Shown here: piece after piece, positions 26,101 through 38,000 of the stretch
Layout: each line of letters starts with the position of its first letter
Position numbering within the stretch: the first letter of the stretch is position 1
NCBI RefSeq assembly: GCF_036588685.1
Contig: NC_086379.1
Span: 73,160,001 to 73,224,000, forward strand
Direction of reading: 5' to 3'
From: Mytilus trossulus
Lineage: Eukaryota
Length of the DNA stretch: 64,000 bases
Position numbers and translations under genes: made by a program
The notes under the pieces: generated by a model
Databases searched by the model: none
What the model saw: the letters and a program-made list of their open reading frames with translations, nothing else
What the model was told of the DNA's origin: nothing

Positions 26101-26369
26101 CATACGGTTCTGTTAATGCGATCTTGTTATAGCATTACTGCATGATGGAACTAATCAGCTGTAGCTGAATTTATTGAGATTAAGGTCGACAGCAGCGTGA
26201 GGAGGAGATATTTCAGTGCCCTGACTCCCTCAATACACCTGCATTTTCAAGGAACACCGAACATTTTGTTACCACGGGCTATAAGTCATCGTTGTTCAAA
26301 ATTATTCAATATGAGTGAATTAAACAGAGATCGCTTGTTAATTAACGCTTTATGTCTATTAGTCATTGC

Positions 26370-26488
26370 AAAGGGAAAAGTTAACATATTAAAAGCACTT
26401 TTTCGTAATTTTAGCCCTATAAAACTGCAAACAAGGAAAAAGTTAACATATTAAAAGCACTTTTTCGTAATTTTAGCTCTATAAAACT
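26370..26488. repeat. Two-copy 62-bp tandem repeat
   Basis: aaagttaacatattaaaagcactttttcgtaattttagc.ctataaaact occurs twice. Confidence 0.9.
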
Positions 26489-26596
26489 TATATTCATATT
26501 GTATTTGTGCTTAAAAACAAACGAGCCGAATGGACTGGCGTACTAAATTATAATCCTGGTACCTTTGATAACTATTTACACCACTGGGTCGATGCC

Positions 26597-26643
26597 ACTG
26601 CTGGTGGACGTTTCGTCCTCGAGGGTATCACCAGCCCAGTAGT
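26597..26643 (-). ncRNA. Non-canonical hammerhead-like motif on the opposite strand of the retrozyme
   Basis: Minus strand reads actactggg-CTGGTGA-taccctcgaggac-GAAA-cGTC-caccagcagt. Core order and stem I pairing (ctgg/ccag) are right, but the core has A6->G and stem II is imperfect. Confidence 0.45.
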
Positions 26644-26852
26644 CAACACTTCGGTGTTGACATGAATATCAATAATGTGGTCATTTTAATAAATTTCCTG
26701 TTAAAAAACTTTTTAATTTTTCGAAAAACTAAGGATTTTCTTATTCCAGGCATAGATTACCTTAGCCGTATTTAACACAACTTTTTGGAATTTTGGATCA
26801 TTAATGCTCTTCAACTGTGTACTTGTTTGGCTTCATAACGATTTTGATATGA

Positions 26853-26896
26853 GCGTCACTGATGAGTCTTATGTAGACGAAACGCGCGTCTGGCGT
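26853..26896 (+). ncRNA. Type I minimal hammerhead ribozyme, predicted cleavage after C26890
   Basis: Stem I GCGTCA/TGGCGT; core CTGATGA (26859-65); stem II GTCT-tatgt-AGAC; GAAA (26879-82); palindromic stem III ACGCGCGT; GTC cleavage triplet. Confidence 0.9.
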
Positions 26897-27954
26897 ACTA
26901 AATTATAATCCTGGTACCTTTGATAACTAATTAGACAGCTTTGTGGAGATGTTCACCTAGAAATAAAAGACAACTGAAAATCACGTTATCAGTTTCGAGT
27001 TGAAATAGATAGTGTCATGCAAAAAAGATATACCATATCTAGAAATATAAAAGAGTCAACACAGTCGCTACCTTTATAGGTCATGTGAATTCGAACTGAA
27101 CATTATATCGAAGATACACTGTCGATTGAAACACCGTTCTTAGCAGCATTGTGCGACAAAAAATTCAGTCTTAGAATGTAGGATCAACTTAACCTTCTTA
27201 GTGTTTAAATCATGCGTATAATTTGTGTTTTCGTATGACTGTTAAGTGCATATGTAACAGCACGTTAGGTAGCCAGTCCATAGTGTCTCTTAAGGCAAAG
27301 TTTACTTCATGATGTTTGTATTTTCGTTATATTTTTTACTGGGAGGTAAGTTTTTCTCTGTGTGCTCAATGTTTGCAAATACATTTAAATCCGTAAAGTT
27401 TATTTTATGTTACGTTAGACTTTGTGTTTTTATAACAGTTGGTAATGCTAATTGTATGATGTGTATGTACTCTTTGTGTGCAGTAAATGACACGGTTCAA
27501 ATTTGTGAATTTTGAAATTGAAGCTGCTTTGTTCTGTCATAAAAAGTATCAACGTTTATCGAAATTGAAATTGATTTAAATGTCATATATTTTAATGGAA
27601 TCCCGTTAATTTTCTTGACGAGGCTAATTTGATCAATGAACAACAAGTAAGAGCATTATTTTTTCTGTTTTGAAACATAACACGATTATCAACGCTTTTG
27701 AATAATTATATTGTTTCGATGGACGTTTTGGAAACTGAGACCAAAATCATTTTTAGATAATTAAAATATTTAAGAAAAGGCAGTCAGTTCATGATGCGAG
27801 TCATTAGCTGTTGAGTACACGTACATGTATACGTCCAATATTTTCTGAGGTGTCTTGATATCTTGAAATTTGTATCACGTAAATTATCAACCATATTTAT
27901 ATTGCGTCTATTAGCCTTATAAATGGATGTGAATCACTCTTTTAAATGTCTAAT

Positions 27955-28145
27955 TGTTTATCAAGAGTACAAGGATTGTAATTTAATACGCCTGTCGCGA
28001 GTTTCGTCTACATAACACCCATTAGTGTCGCTTGTTCAAAACATTTAAAAAGCAAAACAAGTACAAAGTTGAAGAGCATTGAGGACCAAAAAATCCAAAA
28101 AGATGTGCCAAATACAGCTAAGGTAATATATGCATGGGATAACAA
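27955..28145 (-). mobile_element. Decayed retrozyme 3' fragment
   Basis: Reverse-complement match to about 26740-26925 (gtttcgtctacataa, acaagtacaaagttgaagagcattgagga). Confidence 0.7.
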
Positions 28146-29291
28146 ATGGTTTTAAGTTTTCAATTATTTCTTAAACTTTTTGTTCACACCTTTTTGAAGA
28201 AACTCATTATTTATCATGCACAGCGTGACAAATATGACCACACTGATCCAAAGAAAAAATATCATTGGTGTTTATACCACATATACTTTTTATATCAGTA
28301 TTCCAATTGTTAGTAATTGTGTACAGGTAATGTCCGACTGAACTTTGTACTCTTTTAAAGCAATTCATACAAAACTTTCAGTATTTTTACCTAATTCTTT
28401 AATTTCTCATAATATTAAGTTAATTATATCATGTCACTCAAAAATCATAATTTTAGTGCGTGCTTGCATATGATATATCAAACTCATCTTTAAATTAAGG
28501 ATGCTAGTGAAACTATGTCTACATTGTATCTAGATTTTTTTCTTGCTGCTGACTCATATGACAAACGTTGGGCAGTTATAGCTTTTCCATGCCCTACAAA
28601 TTGTATTGTCACTACCAAGAGTTGGTTTACAGATACTCTCTGTCTGTCTCTAAGCGACAATTTTAAATTTGTCTGAAATGCAATTGCAAAAAATCTAAAA
28701 ATAGCCTGCCCACAGACTACAGAATAAACAACATTAAAAATAAACGAGAAAGCAGCACGTACCATACAAAAACAAAAAACAAACGGGGTGATCTGGGATG
28801 CTCTATAAGGATAACAAATATATTGTGTGAGTATATGATCTTTCAATTGAGAAAAAGGAATAATAGATGTTATGCAAAGTGCGACAAAATTTCAAACACT
28901 TAAGTGCTAGTCTTTGTAAGAAGCAGGCAATTTAGGAAAAAATAAAAACATGATCAGAAAAAACCCACTGAGCTTATCATGCTATTTAATACTAACCATC
29001 ATCCTGAGTTACAAATTATTAGTCTTTCGTTTGTGTGTGTCTGGTAATATCAAATAACTCGGTTAGAAAAGTGGTTAAAATGATAGCAAATTACAGAGTT
29101 ATCTCCCCTTATTCGATAATTTCTAGTGCATTTCAACCAAATTGTATCTTCTATTACCAGAACAGAAAACGAAAATGAATGTTATTTTTGTGCATAACTA
29201 CATATTATGAACTGAAATCAATGTCAAATTGGGTGGGGTTTTTTGGTCATGTTTTCACCACTGCCTGATTCTTAGGCAGACTGGCACTTAA

Positions 29292-29888
29292 GGATGAAAA
29301 CCTCTGTGGAGACTTTTAAACCTAATTTTTGGGTTTATAAGACTATAAAAATAAATTGGTGAAGAAAAAAAATCATATTGTGGAGCACTTCTATTTTTGC
29401 TACGACCCTTTGAAAATTTTGATGATTTTTCCATTTTTCATAAATTTTTACCTATTTTTGTGCTATTATCGTGAAACCAATTAAACTTTATTTATACTTT
29501 CAATAAAGATGAAGTGGACCAATCTGATTAGATTTAACTTTATAAAAAAACAATAGGTAGGTGTTAACATAAGAAATTTTTATTATATTTTGAAGCTTTT
29601 TTGTGTCAGATTCACCATGCTGTCAATTTTGTAAATTTGTGATTTTTCTCAGTTTTAAGAACAAAACGCATATTAAATCAACTTTTTTGTAATAAATGTT
29701 TGAAAACATAAGCATCAAAATTTTGAAAAGACAAAAATGATATGGGATTTACATGATTTTTTTTCTCAGAGTTTTGTTTGATCATAATATTTTCAAAATT
29801 CATTGATGTTTTCCACTTGTATCACATGTTTTGGAAATAGTTCCAGAACGAGATTTCAACGAGACTGAAATGTCAGAAGAATACCTCC
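29292..29888. mobile_element. TTAA-flanked non-autonomous DNA transposon (Kolobok-like MITE)
   Basis: TTAA at 29288-91 and 29889-92; ends GGATG...CCTCC; second, inverted copy at 17229-17824. The superfamily is inferred from the TSD and termini only. Confidence 0.7.
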
Positions 29889-31495
29889 TTAAAGTAAACT
29901 TTAAGCATTTTCTCGAAAATATATTCGAATGCCCTTAATGATCGATTACATTTTGTTCAAAATTTTGAAGGTCATCTTAATCGTTAACAAAATGGTAGTA
30001 AGGATTTTAGAAATTTAACATATTTTATTGTTGAAAAGAACAAATGGTGTAATTACATTTTTGCCCCATTCATAAACGTTAACTTTGTTAAGTAAAGTGT
30101 GTAATATGTCTTTCGTTGTAAGTATCTTTGTGAATCTAATTGAAGAATAGAATTGAGGACAAATAAAATCTTTGTTTTCATAATATTAATACCAAAAGGA
30201 AAGACGGGTTTGTGATTTTCTAAAATCTACTCTTCGTGAAAAAAACGTAGTTGGAGTGGGATTCACCAAATTGTAGTGAACTCTTTTGTAGGGCACTTCA
30301 AAGAATAATGTTGAGTGGGGCGCCCATATTCGCCGGGAACACAATTCGCCGTTTTATGATTTTGAGGTGTAAAAACTTCAAAGGATGGTTGAAATGGAAG
30401 ACATATACCGGTAAATAGTATTATATAACAAATATGATTATTTTTTTTTAAACTGAGACAAAATTGCGGCACCTACTGAAAAGGACCGAAAAACGGACAA
30501 CGATTTTCGGCCAATTTCCAGAAGAAAAAACACGAATTCAGAGAAATATTTCTAAGTAATTCTTTGACTGAATGCCCTAAATGTCAGTTCTAAATACCTT
30601 TGAAATGTCTGCTATTCATCTATAATGATATTGATTAATGTTGTTAAAAGCTGCGGTTATTTGGTTTTAAATAGATGTGTAAAAACGGCGAATAAGTGTC
30701 CCCCATTGACAACAAAATCGGGAAATTTCAAAAACCCTTTAATCTAATTTTTCAGATGATTATATTCAAACAAACACGTTTTCAAGCTTAAGAATATTTT
30801 GCATTTGAAGTTATCTTCATATAGAAATATCAGTATACTTCAAAAACATTTAGACCTGAACAGAAACTGTAGAAAACTTGAAAAGATGTGGCGAAATGAG
30901 CACCCCACTCTATATAACATAAAACACTGTTTTTTACTTTGGTAAATGGGAAACGAACAAAAACAGATGATGAGAAACCTATGTGCTCATTGTAGACAAA
31001 AAAACTTTGGATGTCCTTCTGATTGTGCACAACAATGAGCTGCAATTGTTATCGAATTGCACTTTATAACTAGTATCCACGGGTTTGAAGAGCATGTAGT
31101 AAGTAATATCCATAGTATTGAAACCAGTGAGTACTTTGAAGCATATGTATCAATAAAACGATTCTGTTGGACTCTTGAAACAGTTAATTTTTCTGTGTTA
31201 TCAAGTATTGGTTATTACAATAAACAGATTATTGTAGTAGAATTAATTGTTTCAACTTTTAAAACTGATTAAAAAACGATTTTGTTCTATCACCGTGCAT
31301 TATTGGAATCCACTAAGTTTTATGTTTAGTGTGTTATAGAACTAAAACACATTTTGCATAATGGATGTTAATTGTTGGAAATCTATATCGGTTTGATAAA
31401 AACATTTTTGAACATTTCCTACAAGAATAGTTAATTTTCCAACAAGTATGATAATTTATCATCCCATTTTAAACTCGATTACGATATACATAATA

Positions 31496-33928
31496 ACTAG
31501 TATCTCAATTGTTTGTAAAACAATTGAAAGGTTTTTCCTGTAAAAGTGATGTTTTCGTAATGTACTTTGTACGACCATTCGTTTGATATACGACAAGCAT
31601 ACCTTCTGAAACTCTTCGCTTTTTACACTTAATAATCTCATCCGCCTACATTTTTGTGATCGGAATTATGTAAATGTAACCTAGAGGAGATGAGCTTTCA
31701 TTTGATATGCAACAACGCCATGTTCTAGAAAGTTTGATTTTTGCACTTAATAACACTATCCAACTAATTTTTGGAGGTCGGGAATTTGATATTTCATATG
31801 TACACATCATGACCTTTCATTTGATATATAACAACCCTATCTTAAAAGAAAATTTATTTTTTGCACTCAAAAACCCCATCCAACCCATTTTTGGGAGACG
31901 TCAATTTGAAATTTGAAATGTACGCTTTATGTTCTTTCATTTGATATGCGACAACCTAACCATCTGATAAATTTGAATGTTTGCACTAAATGACCCCACC
32001 CGTCCCCCTGTGATGAAAAGGGGGTTTAAAATTTTTATTTTTAAGTAGAGTTTATTAAGACCTTCAATTTGATATATCAGATGACCCCATTTGACAAAGT
32101 GCCAAAAATGATGCAATATCAACTATATAAATAGAAGTTATGAAACTTACAAAGTCAATGCAAAACATGAAAATTTCAAATTGATATTTTGGTGTTTTTT
32201 TTCAATGGAAAGTTTTTGGTATTTAGTCAAACATATAACTATGTTAACTTCTTCAATTTCTTAAACATTCTAAGTGGTAAGCTGTTGTTGATTCAGAAAT
32301 ACATGACACCGCTCGCAAAACTTCAAACTGCATTATCTCTAAAACGACAATAGATATCTCAAATCTGTTAAATGATCTACAGTTGAAAGAGAACATTATG
32401 AAAAGAGAATTGGGACAATTTCAAAGTTCACCAAGGTCACAATTAATCATCAATTATATGATGCAATACCAAACTTTAGAACCGGAGGTCGTAGAGACAT
32501 GGGACTATCACCATTCAACTCAGGAACATTTGACCTTTCAAATATCACAAGGTCAAGGTCATAGTATACTTTGAAGGTCAAGGTGAAATTTCATCATGAC
32601 CTGATATTGACCTCAAAATGAAGGTTTTGGATTGCTGATCATCTTTGCAGTTTATAGTAGGTTGATATCTGTTACCTTTAAAAAGATATACACAAAATCC
32701 TATACTTTTAGAATCATCTCGTTACTTTTGAACAGACAGTCGGACATTTTGGACTTATTATATAAAATGTAAAGCTCGTCGAGTGGAACATTTTATACGC
32801 TGTATGTATGCAGCAAAGTCTTATCGTTTTCCTAATATGTAAGCTAGAAATTGCAGCGTTATTTTATTTTGCACTCTCTGACCTTTGACCTTAGGTGCAT
32901 ATTAAAGTTCACACGAATTAAAGACTATTGTTGAAGGTTCCAAGTCTCTACGACTTCCAGTTCTGGAAATACAACTTTTCTAAAATTGTACACAATTTTT
33001 CAAGGGGAATAACTCCTTATAAGGGTTGATAACAAAATGATTGTATATGTTCATTAACATTACCATCTGTGTTCCTGTACATGTTGCCGTTTTCAAATCG
33101 ATTCTATCTCTAATACTTTTTGAGAAAAATGTAAGGAAAAAATTGCTTCAAGGTGAAATAACTCTCATAGGGAATGATGAAATCCTTAGCAGCCTCATAT
33201 GGTAATACATCATGATGATATCTAACTATTGTTCAAATAAGGTCATGATATCTTTAAAAACAACAAGGGGGGCCATGTCGAAAATTATCGATAAAAGAGA
33301 GATAAGTTCTAAAGGGGATGATGAAATCCTACACAGCCTCATCGGGTTATACCTCATGATGAGGTCTATCGATGGTCAATATTTGGTCTTGATGACATTA
33401 ATATAAACGGAGGAAGGGCATTTAGAAAAAATGTTGGAAAAAAAATATTAGAAAAACAGTAAGGTCTTTCCCCACGTAGGGGAAAGACCTTAACTATTAT
33501 CATAGATATTTGACTAAGACCTTTGAGTTTACATCGTTTAAATCGTAGGAATAGTGTTTATATTGTATAAAAAATGGATTGGATGGGGTTATTGAGTGCA
33601 AAAAATAAATATTCTTTTAAGATAGGGTTGTTGCATATCAAATGAAAGGTCATGATGTTTACATTTGAAATATCAAATTCCCAACCTCCAAAAATTAGTT
33701 GGATAGGGTTATTAAGTGCAAAAATCAAACTTTCTAGAACATGGTGTTGTCGCATATCAAATGAAAGCTCATATACTCTATGCTACATATATCATACTTC
33801 CGATCACAAGAGAAGGTATGCTTATCGTATATCAAACGAAAGGTCGTACAAAGTACATAAATATTACGAAAACATCACTTTTACAGGAAAGACCTTTCAA
33901 TTGTTTCACAAACAATTGAGATACTAGT
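31496..33928. repeat. Inverted repeat pair of about 360-400 bp (31496-31890 and 33572-33928) with internal ctttcatttgatat sub-repeats
   Basis: actagtatctcaattgtttg... versus ...caaacaattgagatactagt; ORFs 31707..31916(+) and 33558..33755(-) translate almost identically. Confidence 0.85.
32290..33493 (+). mobile_element. Helentron/HINE-type non-autonomous element
   Basis: tgacctttgacct/aggtcaaggtca and aaggggaataactc motifs; ~145-bp internal repeats; terminal palindrome taaggtctttcccc-acgta-ggggaaagacctta (33460-33492). Left boundary uncertain. Confidence 0.6.
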
Positions 33929-34769
33929 TGATATTTGTTTTATTCAATAGATATAGTGGTATGGATGTTAATAAGACAACTCTACATCCAAGTCACAATA
34001 TATAAAAGTAAACCAGTATAGGTCAAGATACGGTCTTCAACACGAAACCTTGCCTCACACAAAACAGCAAGCTACGAATGACCACCCCCAATTCCCCCCC
34101 CCCCCAAAGAAAAAAAGAAAAAAAAGTGTTAAACCACTCAAACCAACGGTCTTATCTATATAAAAAAAAACGAAAAACGAGAAACACTTATGAGCCTCAT
34201 CAACAAACGACAACTACTGAATATCAAATACACAGAGCGCACCTATTTAATGAAATATTAAAACAGATATGTATTTCGGATCATACATATTTTAATAGTA
34301 TGATTAATGTGTAGAAAATAAAATGTCTCTTTGACACATTCTCCATTTCTATTTTCAATTTTAACTGTACAAAACACTCAAAGAAAATACACAATGACTT
34401 AAGGTTCCGGCTGATCATTCTTGATTCAACTGAAACTTACGAAATCGTTAACTTCAACATCTAAACTAAACAAAATTTCTAGGACAGACCTACAAAAGTT
34501 CAATGCCTCATATCAGACTTTCAAATGGTATAAAACCTGCATACCTAAACTCGTTAAATTACTATAGTTACACTTTAGATGAACTAATCTGTGAATGTTT
34601 GCTAAATTTTCAGAGGCAAATATATATGTATTTAAGATGTGTATACATTAACAAAGTATATCGGGATCAAAGACAGGCATGTCGACTACCGAAAAAGAGG
34701 GTAAGTTGAACATTTGTTTTAAGAAAATGTGCATTAAAACTTGCTCGAATGATTGGTTGGACTGTGCAA

Positions 34770-35010
34770 AAAGTAAAAGATAAAATCACAAAAATACTGA
34801 ACTCCGAGAAAAATTCCATCGGAAAGTCCCTAACCACATGTCAAAATCAAACGACAAAACACATCAAAAACGAAGTGACAACTACTGACATATTTCTGAC
34901 TGGGTACAGCAAATGTAGAAAAGGATGGATTGAACCGCTTTTATAGCGCTTAACCTCTCACTTGTACAAAGTACAGTCTCATCAAATTCCGTTATATTTA
35001 CAACGATGCG
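34770..35010 (-). mobile_element. Penelope-like subfamily A terminal fragment (further copies near 12598-12740, 15370-15510, 38450-38600, 46075-46330)
   Basis: Motif aaaatcacaaaaatactgaactccgag...ggaaagtccc. Confidence 0.7.
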
Positions 35011-38000
35011 TAAATTTTGTTTTGTTTTCTGCAATGCAAATAATTTATTCAATTTGGTATAATGAAAACTTAAAACAAGAAAGATTTAAGGTGGTTCATG
35101 TGTCCATAATGTTCTATAGTATCATGAATAAAAATTTAGTTAATTTCAGATCAATTTCTCAAAATTTGTATCAGGCATTTCACATTTAAATATGTTTTTT
35201 AATTTATTATTTTGATGCCTCGCTTAATCATTAATTCCTGTCTCTTGTTTTTGCTCTGTTTTAATAAATAACTAGTTAGCTTTTTATTGAATTATATTTT
35301 GTAAAAATACTAACATTTTTGATTTAACCAAAGTTAAGTACTTAATATTCATTTTGATTAATTCAAATAAAACAAAACACTCATGACATGTATTGTATTA
35401 GTGAAAAAAACAATTATAAAGCAAGATCTAAATCAATGTATTGACATATTTATGATGTAAATGTTAAAAAGAATAGAGATCTGATTGTTATATTAAAATG
35501 ATATAACAATTGAGTTTACGGCTGCAGTAAAACATGTACGCAGTAACTATTCAATTCGTGTTTGTATTCAATCTAAGGTACTTTTAGAAAAACATTTGTA
35601 TCGGAATATAAACAAAAATGTTAACAGTGTATTCAATAAAAAGAATCAGCGAACTACTGGTTAACTTATTTATTAGTATGTAACAGATTAGTAATCAATT
35701 TCTAGAATAAAATACCCCTCCAAACTTGCCAATTATTTCTAATTGACTATCAAAGCGAATTCTCTTATGTTGTGTACTCCTAAAATTTTCCGCAAAGCAG
35801 CTTCGGAAATCTATTGCCTGACACCGATGCCGATAATTAGCATTTCGTGTACTTTTTTATCAAAAAACTGTATCTATCTATATGTATGTTTTTTTATAAA
35901 CCGAATGTATAATTTACTTGCTAAAGTTATTATTTTAACCTTAATAGCTTTCTCACATGTCATATGTCCTGTAAAACTTAAGTGAGGAAGAAGTCAAAGT
36001 TTTTATGAATAAATGACACACTTATTTTTTTACATTTCAATAACGGCGAAAAAACACTGGCATTAGAAACAACTTATAAATATTTATAAATACCCATTTG
36101 CTTGTAATGTTTTGTTTTACAATGTTTCATTAGTGTTACATGTTTTCTGCTCATATTCTTATAACGATATATGGGAAAATGTGGTATTAATGCCAAATAG
36201 ACAAATCTCCATCCAAGTCACACATTGTTCAAGTAAATCATTATAAGTCAAAATACGGTCTCCAGCATGGAACCTTGATTCACACTGAACAGCAATTTAT
36301 AAAGAGCCACCAAAAGGAACATTGTAAAAACATTTAAACGGGAATACCAAGGGTATTTGAATCTATATATAAAAAAACCAGAAACAATTATGAACCACAT
36401 CATCAACGACAACTACTCAACATCAGGTACTAACCTCCACTTTTATCTGAAACAATAGTGTAACATCACAGCAAGGACAGACACACTATAAGATATCAAT
36501 TGAAATGGCTTTACTCAATCAAAAGACATATAAACACAAGTAAACAAACGAATAAATTTTATCTATGACACAATGTGAATACACAATCTAGAAAATAAGG
36601 GTTTAGATGTTAAGCAATTTCAGAAAAACATCCAAACCTTGAAGAAAAAGTCGCCAATTGAATTCTGTACACCATGTACACAGGTTAATGAAAACATTTT
36701 GTTGTAAAGCATACAGTATAAATGGAGAATGGAATAATTTTTTACAAAATTATTTTGTTTTTTATAGTACGAGAAAAAAAAGAAAATATTCCTAGTATCA
36801 AACACTTACTATCGTTGGTATATATTTAAATAGAGTCAAGATGTATCACCAAAAAATTAAACAATGATAAGAAACACATAACAATTTGTACCAACAGATA
36901 AGGTTAACAAAGAAGTACGATTTGAGAGTACTTGCAGTTACTAAAAGCTAGTTCAGAACCAAAACAAATAACAATAAAAATTCACGCAACAGGGAATAAA
37001 ATGAACTAAAACGCACCCCAGGTACTTAATATTTTAACGTCATGGACAGTTAAAGGAGACGCGACTTGTGCAATGCCAAACTTAAAAGAATCGACAGGCT
37101 ATTTCGGACTTAAAACTTATTTAGAACAATGAACGTGGGTGTGTAGTTATACATCCCGCTTGAAAGAATCCAATTTAAGTTATGTTTGAATTTGCGGATG
37201 ACAAACATCGATATATGTGTTTGTCTGAATTCATCTTTTGTCGTTTGACTTCTCGGTGTGATCACAATTGCTACATCCTTTCGTTGTAGCAGCGGTGATC
37301 TGAGCCAGATCAGCCATATCAGATCCTCCTAGCTTGGGTTTCTTTGTTTTGCATGCTTACTTTAGTTTTGTAACATTTGACCGGAAGGCCTAATCCACAA
37401 TAAATCTTTGAATTATTTATACGGAGAAGACTAGCTATCAAAATGTAGAAATAATCCAGTGTCTATGCTGGAACTCGAACTCAAGACCTTAATCATAACG
37501 ATCCACAAATCAAACTTCTACACCAGGACAACTTGATACACAATGATTGTTAATCTAACATATTTAAACATTGTTTCCTGGGTTCATAAAGGGTATATAC
37601 TATACAATGATATATAAAATGTATTATAAGAACAGCTTGGCGTTCTCAACTACATTTTAATGGTCAACATCTAATATAGAGCATCTTAGATGAAGAACAG
37701 TTATCCCATTAAAGTTAGTGTCAGAGTAAGATCACCGTCTGGCTTACGATCATCTGGACAATCTTATACTGAAAAACGGCGTCCTCATTGGATAACTATA
37801 ACTGGTTAGTATGGTGATAATTGTAAACAAAAAAAAAGATGTATTGTTTTCGTACGTCTGAAGCGCATGTTAGAGATTGAAGCACATTTATTGGTAACAT
37901 GTTTAAATTCTTCGTCTTTGGCATCCACATATACTGATACGAACAACCTAATCTTTTCCTGTATTGAAATCCTCTTAAAAAGGTATATTGCTGTTATACG

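Larger units (their letters stand above)
26535..26929 (+). mobile_element. Non-LTR retrozyme (hammerhead-containing non-autonomous retroelement): 355-nt unit plus terminal repeat
   Basis: Exact 40-nt direct repeat at 26535-26574 and 26890-26929; type I hammerhead at 26853-26896; C(UUCG)G hairpin at 26642-26661; many decayed copies in the window. Confidence 0.85.

Noticed and set aside
26150-26300. Minus-strand signal-peptide-like stretch LKYLLLTLLSTLISINSATAD
   Set aside because: No in-frame ATG nearby, an immediate stop, and no supporting exons.
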